Assembly (NCBI RefSeq): GCF_018336915.1 | Contig: NZ_CP064923.1 | Location: 5,370,001 to 5,402,000 of the forward strand | Reading direction: 5' to 3' | From: Acaryochloris marina S15 | Lineage (GTDB): Bacteria > Cyanobacteriota > Cyanobacteriia > Thermosynechococcales > Thermosynechococcaceae | Length of the DNA: 32,000 nt | Shown here: in pieces, positions 21,781-31,200 of the stretch | Layout of the letters: every line of letters begins with the position of its first letter | Numbering within the stretch: position 1 is the stretch's first letter | Notes under the pieces: model-generated | Database searches by the model: none | What the model saw: only the letters and a program-made list of their open reading frames with translations | Told to the model about the DNA's origin: nothing | Made by a program: the position numbers and the translations under genes

Positions 21781-23631
21781 ATGACAGAGCAGGCAGCAGC
21801 ACAGACACAACCCCTTCAGTTCATGTTAGCGGATACCGATCCGATCTTTCGGGTCGGGTTAAAGGCGTGCCTAGAGGCCGTGCCGGATATTCAGATAGTG
21901 GCTGAAGCAGAAGATCCCGCCCAAGTTTTACAGCTGTTCTCGACTCAGCCCGAAGCAGACACCAGCCCAGACGTCGATCCGCAATCCCTGGACTTACTGA
22001 TTCTCGATATCAGTCGCGTTGCAGATACCGAAGCGAATGGCCTTCTCTGTCAACAGTTGAAGAGGCGCTATCCCCATCTGGCCCTGTTTGTTTTATCGGC
22101 CACCGTCGAACCCGATCAGCTCACCAAGCTGTGGCAAGTAGGGGTGGAAGGCTTCTGCCGCAAAGGCAGTGTGGACACCCCCACCTTAATTCAGCAGCTC
22201 CGGCGAGCCAGCCAAGGACAGCGAGTTTGGGATTCAGCCCAGAAGGCCCAGGCCCAGATCGTCCAGCAGCCCGCTGCCACCCCCCAGATAGCCACCCAAA
22301 ATGTGACGGCCTTTACCCTGTTGCGGCAAGTGTTTATGCAAACGGGGTTAAAGCAAATTGAACAAACCCTGGAGCAGCTCCAAAGCCGTCGCCAAGGAGA
22401 AGCCCTTACCCAATGGCAGCGAACCATTAATGAGGGACGAGAGCGGGAACTACAAACCGTGAGCTGGTTGGTGCGCCAGTATATGGAACGCCAAAGTGAT
22501 GACTCTGATGAAGAGCCTCTAGAACCCGAGGAGCCTGCCTTTTCTTGGGCTAATGTCGATCCGTGGGAAACCGATGAGTTAACGGCGGTCCCCTCGCGGA
22601 TTACCGAAATTAGTGACGGGGGTGACCTCGCTGCTCAGCCAGAAATCACCACCGTGCTGCTGGATGGGTTACTGGCCAAACTCCCCACCAGCCTCTCCAA
22701 TCGCACCCAAGATCCCCTAGAAATTGATATTCTCAAAGCCCAAAAGCGCCAGGATTTATTTCTGATTGTGCTCAAGCAATTTGAAACCGTAGTTGAGGAT
22801 TTGAGTTATTCCCAAGTGACGCGATCGCAACTCGTATCCAAACGAGCCAAACTTCTGCAAGACCTGTGGCTCGGGTCTACCGCCGACTTTTTTGGCAAGT
22901 ATTTGACTATCCCCTTATCCTCATCTGTAAATACTCAAGGCCTAGAGGATATTGAAATTGTCAGTGTGCTCCAACAAGATCAGGCCATTGTCGAAGCGGA
23001 AATTCTCGACAAAATCCCCCTGGTGACGGAACTGCTGGATCATCTCCTATTTAAAGCCCCTTTACTGGTTGACAATACCCTGTCCGCCGTCGGTTCTCCC
23101 GAAGCCATGCTCCAGGCAGAAGCCCTCTTGAGCAACCTCGTGGTGAGTGTCGCTAATGGCGTGCTGCAGCCGTTGCTCAATCGCTTTGCTACGAATGAAG
23201 CGATTAAACAAAGCTTCTACGACCGGTCTTTAATTTCTACCCGCGACATCGAGCGGTTTCGCAATGCCCTCTCCAATCACTACCGTTCTCGGCGGTTGTT
23301 TAAAGAGCCCACAGAAATTTTTGAAAGTCAGTATGGATTAATCGTGTTTAGTGAGGCTGGGCTGCAGAAAATCGCCGTCTATGGCTCCCGTGATCAGGAG
23401 CTGAAACAGCTCCAAGGGACTCGATTTTTCGTCACCTTGGCTTTGGAGGGAAGGGATGCGATCGCACCCCCACTACAGGCCACCTTTACCTTCCTGGGTC
23501 GAGGGGTCGTCTATATCCTTACCCAAGTGGTTGGGCGGGGTTTAGGGTTAATTGGTCGCGGCATCTTGCAAGGGGTCGGCGGCACCTGGCAAGACATTTT
23601 CGTCAGCCGTAAAAGCCATCAAGAAAAATAG
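21781..23631 (+). CDS. response-regulator receiver domain protein with DUF3685-like C-terminal region (Ycf55-like)
   Basis: The receiver has an acidic pocket LADTDP, a phospho-Asp context LDLLILDIS, and LFVLSATVE...GFCRKG. The long C-terminal region ends in a hydrophobic Gly-rich tail. The DUF3685/Ycf55 assignment is from memory only. Confidence 0.6.
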   Translation: MTEQAAAQTQPLQFMLADTDPIFRVGLKACLEAVPDIQIVAEAEDPAQVLQLFSTQPEADTSPDVDPQSLDLLILDISRVADTEANGLLCQQLKRRYPHLALFVLSATVEPDQLTKLWQVGVEGFCRKGSVDTPTLIQQLRRASQGQRVWDSAQKAQAQIVQQPAATPQIATQNVTAFTLLRQVFMQTGLKQIEQTLEQLQSRRQGEALTQWQRTINEGRERELQTVSWLVRQYMERQSDDSDEEPLEPEEPAFSWANVDPWETDELTAVPSRITEISDGGDLAAQPEITTVLLDGLLAKLPTSLSNRTQDPLEIDILKAQKRQDLFLIVLKQFETVVEDLSYSQVTRSQLVSKRAKLLQDLWLGSTADFFGKYLTIPLSSSVNTQGLEDIEIVSVLQQDQAIVEAEILDKIPLVTELLDHLLFKAPLLVDNTLSAVGSPEAMLQAEALLSNLVVSVANGVLQPLLNRFATNEAIKQSFYDRSLISTRDIERFRNALSNHYRSRRLFKEPTEIFESQYGLIVFSEAGLQKIAVYGSRDQELKQLQGTRFFVTLALEGRDAIAPPLQATFTFLGRGVVYILTQVVGRGLGLIGRGILQGVGGTWQDIFVSRKSHQEK

Positions 23632-23754
23632 CCTCCGGTCCGTAGATTCACCATCGGGGCTCCCTAAAATTCTCTCGTGATCGGTATATTCACTCTTCTC
23701 ACTTCCAGAAGCCAATGACTAAGATCAAAGCTAAGGATTTGAATAGGTTGAACC

Positions 23755-24528
23755 ATGATGCAAGTAGCCGAGCTACTGGAGCGCTACGCCGCCGGAGAAC
23801 GAGATTTTTGTGAAATAGAGTTAAAAAATGCGGACTTAAGCCAGCAAAATTTGTCCGGCTCGACCTTTATTAAGTCCAAGTTCAGCCATATGAATTTGGA
23901 GGGCGCTTACTTGTATGGGGTCAACTTCAAACATAGCTACATCGCCGATACCAACTTAGCCGGTGCTCTTTTATGTGGTGCCAATCTATGGGGCGTTAAT
24001 TTTCAGGGTAGTGTCCTCGCCGAGGCCAACTTAAGTGATGCCTATATCCGAGGCACCTATCTCCTCAAAGCAGATTTGAGTAAAGTCAATTTACAACGGG
24101 CCAACTTGCAACGGTCCTATTTATGGGGAGCCACCCTCAACCATGCCGATATGCGGGATGCCAATCTCACCGGTGCTAACTTAGATTCTGCAACCTTAAT
24201 GTTCGCGGATCTCAGCGAAGCGAACTGCCAAGATAGCTCCATGAAAGGGGCTAATTTGAGTGGTGCTTGCCTCATTGGTGCTTGTCTAGATCGCGCTAAC
24301 CTCAGCCACGCCAACTTGAGCATGGCAGAACTCAGCGAAGCCCGTATGAAGTTTGCCCAACTGACGGACGCTATTTTCCAGCAGGCCAACTTAAGCAGCA
24401 CTAATTTGGCCTATGCCCAAGTCCAGCTACAAAGATTGCAAGACGCCATCTTGTCTCGAACCATCCTGCCGGATCAGCGAGTAGTCAACAATCTCACTCC
24501 AGCAATGGCCGTTAGCGTCACCCACTAA
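23755..24528 (+). CDS. pentapeptide repeat protein
   Basis: About 35 consecutive A(D/N)LxX pentapeptides (ANLSGACLIGACLDRANLSHANLSMAELSEA...). No signal peptide. Confidence 0.92.
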   Translation: MMQVAELLERYAAGERDFCEIELKNADLSQQNLSGSTFIKSKFSHMNLEGAYLYGVNFKHSYIADTNLAGALLCGANLWGVNFQGSVLAEANLSDAYIRGTYLLKADLSKVNLQRANLQRSYLWGATLNHADMRDANLTGANLDSATLMFADLSEANCQDSSMKGANLSGACLIGACLDRANLSHANLSMAELSEARMKFAQLTDAIFQQANLSSTNLAYAQVQLQRLQDAILSRTILPDQRVVNNLTPAMAVSVTH

Positions 24529-24988
24529 TCGCCCCCGTTTGAATCAACTGGCGAATCTCTTGGCGAACTTGCATTAAGATTTTTCCCAACTGGTTATGCC
24601 CCTTGCCATCGGCACCACAGCCCCAATAGGAATCTAAGGGCGAATTTTCGACAATCCGTTCATCCCCCGTGGACAACAGTTCGGCCTGAATCGTCGGATG
24701 AGTTAAAAATTTAACGTGCACAGCAGCATACATAATCTCAGGCTTGATCACATCCCAATTGTCCTGCTCGGCATATAGGGGATTACGCCCTATGGCTGCA
24801 GCAGCTTCAGGGGTCGATGTCTGTCGAATCTCTTCACACAAGGCTTGATGAGGCGTACCTTGGTATTTTTGGGCTTGATAGTAATGTTCTGAGGTGGGCC
24901 AGGTCTGTCCTTGCAGGTCAATACTATAAAGTGAAAAATTGGAAAAACATCCGTAAGGATCCTGGACTTTGTAGAAGAAAATGGTCAT
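24518..24988 (-). CDS. NADAR family protein (YbiA-like, DUF1768)
   Basis: FYKVQDPYGCFSNFS...WPTSEHYYQAQKY...NSPLDSYWGCGADGKGHNQLGKILM is the NADAR signature. It overlaps the pentapeptide gene convergently by 11 nt. Confidence 0.85.
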   Translation of the reverse strand: MTIFFYKVQDPYGCFSNFSLYSIDLQGQTWPTSEHYYQAQKYQGTPHQALCEEIRQTSTPEAAAAIGRNPLYAEQDNWDVIKPEIMYAAVHVKFLTHPTIQAELLSTGDERIVENSPLDSYWGCGADGKGHNQLGKILMQVRQEIRQLIQTGAISG

Positions 24989-25507
24989 CCTCAGCTAATT
25001 TACCCGACTATCTATTTCTATGATGACAGCAAACCTGACTTAGCAAGAACGTTCTTTTTCCTACAACTGCCAAACTCCACACTGGAAAGGGTGCACTTCT
25101 AACGACTGAAATTGCACATCCATGAGTCCCTCCTGACTCTGCCCAAGGCTCAGCACATCCAGACGGGCTAGAGCATATTGCCAAAGGGATAGCACCCATC
25201 CCGAGCACACAGCTCATGGTCCTGCTTCAAACCGCTGGTTCCTGTTTTCAGATGATCAACCCATGCTCAACAATGGCCCTGAGCATCTTATGCCCATTTC
25301 CGGTGATGCCAGGTTTGCCATCGCTTTACTCCGTATGGCCCCAACACCAAGCGCTTCAATCCGTTCAGATCGTCATACCTGTAAATTTTTGAAAGATTTA
25401 GGTTAAAGCTTCCAAAAAAAGATATTTTTCTGAGGGGTTATACATCTTAAGCCCAATATTTTTCACGATGACGGGTTTGCGAAAAATAATGACGAAAGGA
25501 TGAGTCA

Positions 25508-25984
25508 ATGCCTACCTCTCGAAAAATTTCTAGTTCTTTTTTTGCGATTGTTCTCATTTGTTTCTTCTTGCCCTTCATCACGATTTCTTGCGATCGCACC
25601 CCGGTATTGGAGTTATCGGGCATACAGATGACAACAGGGACGACGGTGGAAACGCCATCGTTTGCCGGGCCAGCCGAGTCTAAGAAAATCCCTGCAGATG
25701 GCAAAGCAATATTCGCGTTTACCTGTTGTGCAGTGGGATTAGGCAGCAGTCTAATCAAGCAAACCCGTAACAATAAAGTTCTACCAGCTTGTGCAGGTGG
25801 ATTAGGGGCGTTTTTAATTCTGTCCATCAAGTCTGGTTTAGATCAAGAGCTGACCAAACAAGGGGCAGGTTATGTGGGGTTCAATGCAGAATATGGCTTG
25901 GGTTTTTGGGGAGCCTTTATATTTTTCCTGGCCGCAGCCCTTTACAATGTCTGGCAAATCGTTAACCCCATCCCCACGGACTAG
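25508..25984 (+). CDS. hypothetical membrane protein
   Basis: 158 aa with four hydrophobic segments (FFAIVLICFFLPFITI, AIFAFTCCAVGLGSSLI, LPACAGGLGAFLILSI, GLGFWGAFIFFLAAALY). Preferred over the overlapping antisense ORF 25447..25830. Confidence 0.65.
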   Translation: MPTSRKISSSFFAIVLICFFLPFITISCDRTPVLELSGIQMTTGTTVETPSFAGPAESKKIPADGKAIFAFTCCAVGLGSSLIKQTRNNKVLPACAGGLGAFLILSIKSGLDQELTKQGAGYVGFNAEYGLGFWGAFIFFLAAALYNVWQIVNPIPTD

Positions 25985-26066
25985 CCTCCATTTTTAGCTC
26001 TCCTATTTTCTATATCCCTGTGCTACTCAGTTATTAGATAATCATCCAAACACCAGACTTCAACCT

Positions 26067-26411
26067 ATGGGAAAGATCAACATGTTAGTGACCACAACGG
26101 ATGTCATTCAGGGCGCTGTTATCGAAAGCTATTGCGGCATTGTCACAGCTGAAGTTGTGTATGGCAGTAATGCCCTGCGAGATTTTTTTGCAGGCATTCG
26201 CGATATTATCGGTGGTCGCACCGCCAGCTATGAACGAGTGTTTGAAAAGGGACAGCAGGATGCCATTGCTGAGCTGGAAAAACGGGCAGATCGATTAGGC
26301 GCGAATGCTGTCATCGGGGTTCGGGTCAGTACCGACACCATTAATATTGATGAAACAGGAGTTTTACTGTTAATCACTGCAGCTGGGACAGCCGTAAAAA
26401 TGGCCCGTTAA
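26067..26411 (+). CDS. YbjQ family protein (UPF0145, heavy-metal-binding-domain-like)
   Basis: TTTDVIQGAVIESYCGIVTAEVVYGSN...GGRTASYE...ELEKRADRLGANAVIGVRV is typical of YbjQ. An alternative start is M6 at 26082. Confidence 0.85.
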   Translation: MGKINMLVTTTDVIQGAVIESYCGIVTAEVVYGSNALRDFFAGIRDIIGGRTASYERVFEKGQQDAIAELEKRADRLGANAVIGVRVSTDTINIDETGVLLLITAAGTAVKMAR

Positions 26412-26482
26412 GACTCGTCCCATTTAGCTGAATCTGTTACAGTACGTTTTGGAGCTGTCGCGACGGAAGTAAAGAAAAACGC

Positions 26483-26995
26483 ATGAGATTTGGTGTTTTT
26501 GCGATTGCACTCACCCTTGGGGTGACTGTAGGTAGCTCTGCTCTCGCCGCAGACCCTAAACATGTTGCCCAACTTAAACAAGTTAATTCCTGCGAAGGCT
26601 GCGATCTCAGTGGCGCTGATTTAAGTGGGTTAATTCTGATCCGTGCCAATCTTCGCAATGCTAACTTGCAAGGGGCCAACCTCCGCAATACCTCTTTACT
26701 GCTGAGTAATTTAGAGAATGCCAATTTAGAAAATGCTAACTTCACCGCCGCCTATCTCTACGGCAGCAATTTAGAAAACACCCAGCTCACCAGCACTGAC
26801 TTTACCCAAGCTGTTTTGCGGAGTGCCAAATTGCAAGGCGCTGATGTTTGTACTGCCACCCTTGCCGGGACGGACTTGACGGATGCTGATGTCGATTTAG
26901 ACGACTGCCCAACTTCCCCACCCCCTAGCGCTTCAGAAGCAGAGGTTAAACAGGAAGAGTCGCTGATCAAAGATACGCTGCCTGAGAATCCTTAA
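26483..26995 (+). CDS. secreted pentapeptide repeat protein
   Basis: Signal peptide MRFGVFAIALTLGVTVGSSALA, then A(N/D)LxX repeats (ANLRNANLQGANLRNTSLLLSNLENANLENANF). Confidence 0.88.
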   Translation: MRFGVFAIALTLGVTVGSSALAADPKHVAQLKQVNSCEGCDLSGADLSGLILIRANLRNANLQGANLRNTSLLLSNLENANLENANFTAAYLYGSNLENTQLTSTDFTQAVLRSAKLQGADVCTATLAGTDLTDADVDLDDCPTSPPPSASEAEVKQEESLIKDTLPENP

Positions 26996-27006
26996 CCTGA
27001 ATTGGG

Positions 27007-27483
27007 TTGGTGACCGTCCACCTTTTCACCTACGGAACGCTCACCTTTCCTGAAGTCATGCAAGCGGTTACAGGTCAACACTTTCCAGCAACGGACGCTT
27101 GGTTGCCTGGATATGAGCGGTTTTGTCTTGTGGAGCAACTCTACCCAGGCATTATCAAAACCGGTCAACAGTCCACCTTGGGTAGAATTTATTTCGATAT
27201 CGATCCCATTTCCCTCCACCGCCTCGATTACTTCGAAGGGGATCTGTATAGCCGACAAGCCGTAACGGTCGTTCTGCCCGAGCACTCAACCATATATGCC
27301 GATACCTATGTTGTTCCCCTCAGCCAAATAAATCAGTTATCCCATCGATCGTGGAATGCAGAACAGTTTCGCACCTCACATCTACCCCAGTTTCTAGTCC
27401 AAGTCCATGCTTGGATGGATGACTACTCTCTCAGTCCATCCCCTGCAGCCGATGAACAGGATACCTGGGATCTAGAGCCTTAA
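27007..27483 (+). CDS. gamma-glutamylcyclotransferase (AIG2/GGCT-like) family protein
   Basis: N-terminal LFTYGTLTFPEVMQAVTG and LDYFEGDLYSR are typical of the AIG2-like GGCT fold. Start is TTG 27007 or GTG 27010. Confidence 0.75.
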   Translation: MVTVHLFTYGTLTFPEVMQAVTGQHFPATDAWLPGYERFCLVEQLYPGIIKTGQQSTLGRIYFDIDPISLHRLDYFEGDLYSRQAVTVVLPEHSTIYADTYVVPLSQINQLSHRSWNAEQFRTSHLPQFLVQVHAWMDDYSLSPSPAADEQDTWDLEP

Positions 27484-27526
27484 AAAAATCAGTCCTCTGG
27501 GCTAGGGGGAAGCATCCAGAGGACTG
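27482..27526 (-). terminator. Rho-independent terminator for the minus-strand small secreted protein gene
   Basis: Perfect 11-bp stem CAGTCCTCTGG (27490-27500) / CCAGAGGACTG (27516-27526) with a 15-nt loop. On the minus strand it is followed by T7 (A7 at 27482-27488). It sits between convergent genes. Confidence 0.65.
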
Positions 27527-27565
27527 AGTCAGACATGAGGATCTCTAAAAAACGCCCAATTAGGG

Positions 27566-27880
27566 TTATTGCTGGGTCGCAACGACCTCTGGTTGAGCCT
27601 TCTGATCAACCGCTACGGGTTGAGTTTCTTGAGCTTCAGGGGCCGAGGCTTTGAAGGTAAAGCCCAAACGAGCTTCTTCTACAGAATTATCTGGTGAATG
27701 CTTAGGAGCAGAGGTTGCGGACAGATGTCGGCAACCCGCAGGTACGACTTTGACAATAGACGCAGCACCATTAGGACCGCAGGTCACTAAAGTCCCTGCA
27801 TGGGCGGTTGGTGCTAGGGCTGATGCGCTGGCTAAAGAACCAAAAATCAATGCGGTATGAAGTAAGGCTTTCGTGTTCAT
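27566..27880 (-). CDS. small secreted hypothetical protein
   Basis: 104 aa. Signal peptide MNTKALLHTALIFGSLASASALAPTAHA, two Cys residues, and an acidic/Q-rich tail. No recognisable family. Confidence 0.55.
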   Translation of the reverse strand: MNTKALLHTALIFGSLASASALAPTAHAGTLVTCGPNGAASIVKVVPAGCRHLSATSAPKHSPDNSVEEARLGFTFKASAPEAQETQPVAVDQKAQPEVVATQQ

Positions 27881-28295
27881 CTTCCTGACCTACTTATAGT
27901 CTCATTTGCTTATGGGAACAGTATGGAATTCCTAGCTGAGATCAGCCTGAAAAATGTATTAGATTATACTAATTTACTTTATCTAAGTTTACTGTTACCC
28001 CCAAAGTAAGCGCTTAGAGAGCAGCCAGGACTGACATCATTTTATAGATAAAATCTTGAATTTTACCCATTCTCGGCAGTATTCAGCATTTTTGTCGACA
28101 AGCTGTTTTTCTCCCCTTTAGACCCTGCAATTAAGCGTCGAAAGCTGACTTTAGAGTGGGAATCATAACGATATAGAAGGTCTGATTACGGTCTAGCCAT
28201 AGCTGGTGGCCAAACCTCTCTTCAAACGATTGCAGTCTGTCAGTTTTGAGGGGCGAAGGATCAGCCTATCCATCATTTATCTTGTCTAGATCTTA

Positions 28296-31200
28296 ATGAA
28301 AACATCGGTAGAACTCTCCCAGTCTGTCTTTGATCGTCTATTTGCCTTAATGGAGCAAGGGTTCTATCTCCAGGCCTATGAATTATGCCAATCCGTTGAC
28401 CTGCTCGCGACCCGGCAAGACACAGCGACCCAAATTTTGGCAGGCCGACTAGTCGGGTATCTGGGGGCACCCCGACAGCGAGCTGCTGTATTACTTCGAG
28501 CCTGGCGACAGAATCCTACCGATCCAGACGCCTTGTATTACTACATCAGTACAAGGCTTTGGCGGCAGGGTCCCTTAGCTGCCTATCGTCTAATCCAAAA
28601 GTACCAACCGCAGTTTGAGCGCTTCACACCGGACCAACAAGCCCATTGGCTGGGGTTAAAAGCCCAGGTGGTTTTAGAATTCCGAGACTTTGATCGAACG
28701 GATGCCTATCTCCAAGAGGCAGAAACCCTAGCCCCAGACGATCCTTGGATCACCCTTCTCCGGTCTCGTCTGTTGGAGCAAGAAGATAACTATCCAGAGG
28801 CCTTGGCCATGACCCAACAGGCCTTGGCACAGCGCCCCTGGTATCGCCCTGCTGTATTGACAGCAGCCCATTTACATACCCTCTTAAGCCAAGATGACCA
28901 GGCACTGCACCTACTGCAGCAGGCCACTACTCAGCTCGAAAGTGGTGAGCTTTGGGCCCAATTGGCTGCACTTCAACTGGAGTTAGGGCAGTATGCCCAG
29001 GCTCAACACAGTTATCAGCAATATGAACAAGCCTGCCCACTCCTAGAGAAGGCAGGGCAAGCCCGACTGTGGTCCGCCCAAGCTGACATTGCTTATCAGA
29101 TGGCGGATTTTAATCACGCCCATCACTTGGCTCAGAAATTGGCGGAGTATCCCTACTACCAGTCCTTAGCCCAACGCTTGCTGGATTTACCCGAGGGGAA
29201 ACGGGTGATTTTGCCCGTCGGTTTTGTGCGCCAACACCACATGACTTGTGCCCCCGCCACATTGACCACCCTTTGTGCCTATTGGGGCATCTCGGTGGAT
29301 CACCATCAGATTGTGGACAGCATCTGCTACAACGGTACGTCTAGCTATAGTGAGCGGGACTGGGCCAGTCAACAAGGATGGGCGGTCTGCGAATTTACGG
29401 TTACCTGGGACAGCATTATCCAGCTGATTGATGCAGGCGTTCCTTTTACCCTCAGTACCGTTGAAGCCACATCAGCCCACTTACAGGCCGTGATTGGTTA
29501 TGACAGCCGATTGCAAACCCTCATGATTCGTGACCCTTACCACCGGGGTATTGTTGAACCCTGGGCGGAGGAGTTTCTAGAGCGGTATCGGGCATCCGGT
29601 CCCCGAGGCATGGTCATTCTTCCTGCTAAGAAAGCGGGACTACTAGAAACCCTAGAACTTCCTGACAGCCGTCTTTACGATCAGCTCCACGATCTACAAG
29701 CAGCGCTGCTCAAACATGATCGCTCCACAGCCAGTGACTGGAGCCAACGGATGAATGGGGTCGCTCCTCACCATCGCCTTGCCCTCCAGGCTCAGTTCGA
29801 GCTGGCTTACTATGATTCTGACCAAGCCAGTGGTTTGACCGTCATAGAACAAATGCTGGAGCAGTTTCCTGCTGCCCCACAGCTAATGTTGCAGAAACTT
29901 CAATACTTACAGGAACTGGCCAGCCGCCAAGATTGCCTCGATTGGCTCGCCCATATGATTGAGCAGGACCAGTTCCATCCCATTTTTTGGACTCGGCTAG
30001 CCAAACTCTTCAGTGACGATGCCAAGGCGAGTGAATCAGCCATTGGTCTGCTGCTGCGGTCTATCGGTGCAATGCCGACGGAAGCCTATAACTACTTTTT
30101 ATTGGCTAACCTGTATTGGTCACAACGCCAGTTTGACCTAGCCCTGGACTTATATCGGTTTGCAGCCTGTCTAGAAGATAAGGAGCAAACCTATGGCCAC
30201 AGCTATTTTCTGGCAGCTCGGGGCTGTCGACAAACGTCTGTGGCCTTACAGCTCTTACAACAACGGTGGCACCGGGACCAAAAGCAGTCGACCCGTCCTG
30301 TTTATGCTTTGGCTATCGCCTATGACCATTTAGATCGCCCGTCCGAAGCCATAGAGGTTTTGGAACAAACCCAAGCCTGGCACCCGGACGATGGCGATTT
30401 ACTGTTATATCGGGCCAAGTACCTGGGCGAGCATGGTCAGTTTGCCCAAGCCCATACCCTGCTAGACGAGGCCAAAGCCAAAACAGCCCATAGTCATTGG
30501 TTAAGTACGGCTGCCAAACTCGCGCAGTTTGAATACAAGCCTGACAAAGCCCTCGACCTATGGCAACAGCTCGTCACAGCCGATCCTTTGGATATCGAGG
30601 CGAATCGCGCTGTCAGTCAACTGTTAGCAGAACAGGAAGGAGTCACTGCCGCCCGTGAGTTTTTAGCAGCCACCTGCAGCACCTTCCCTGACCATGCCGG
30701 GTTACATCACCTCTGGTATGAACAGGTGCAAGAGGGAGATCCGATCGTCGCAGAACAGGTGCTGCAACGACTGGTGGAGATTAACCCTAAAGACGCTTGG
30801 TCCTGGCGACAGATTGCCTGGCAATTGGGTCGACAACAGCAGCTAGAGGCAGCATTTGAAACCTGCGAAACCGCTCAGCACCTAGATCCTCACAGCACGG
30901 CCTATTTCACCATCTATGGGTGTCTCTGCATTTTGGCAAAAGACATGCCCACCGCTAAGACCGCGTTTAAAGAGGCGATTCAACGGTCTGTAGACTCTAG
31001 CCGAGCCATCTCAGAACTGATGGATATTTGCCAGTCCATAGAAGAACAAAAAGACGTTCTCGACTTTATCTTTCAAGAGTTTCAGCAACAGGTGATTACG
31101 GGGGATAGCCTGTTCACCTTTTATCAATACGCTCGCACTGTCTTGACGCCCGCAGACTTTGATCAACGCATACAAGAAGTTCATGCCGCTCGGCCCGATT

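Noticed and set aside
24518-24988. NADAR as the antitoxin of a DarT-like ADP-ribosyltransferase toxin system
   Set aside because: No DarT-like or other toxin ORF is adjacent. The neighbour is a convergent pentapeptide-repeat gene and the other side is non-coding. A stand-alone YbiA-like housekeeping role is more likely.
25008-25217. 69-aa minus-strand ORF
   Set aside because: Odd Cys/Gly/Ser-rich composition, no motif, and no obvious ribosome-binding context. Treated as non-coding (see the gap finding).
25447-25830. Minus-strand 127-aa ORF
   Set aside because: It overlaps the plus-strand ORF 25508..25984, which has four clear TM segments. The minus ORF has no recognisable features.
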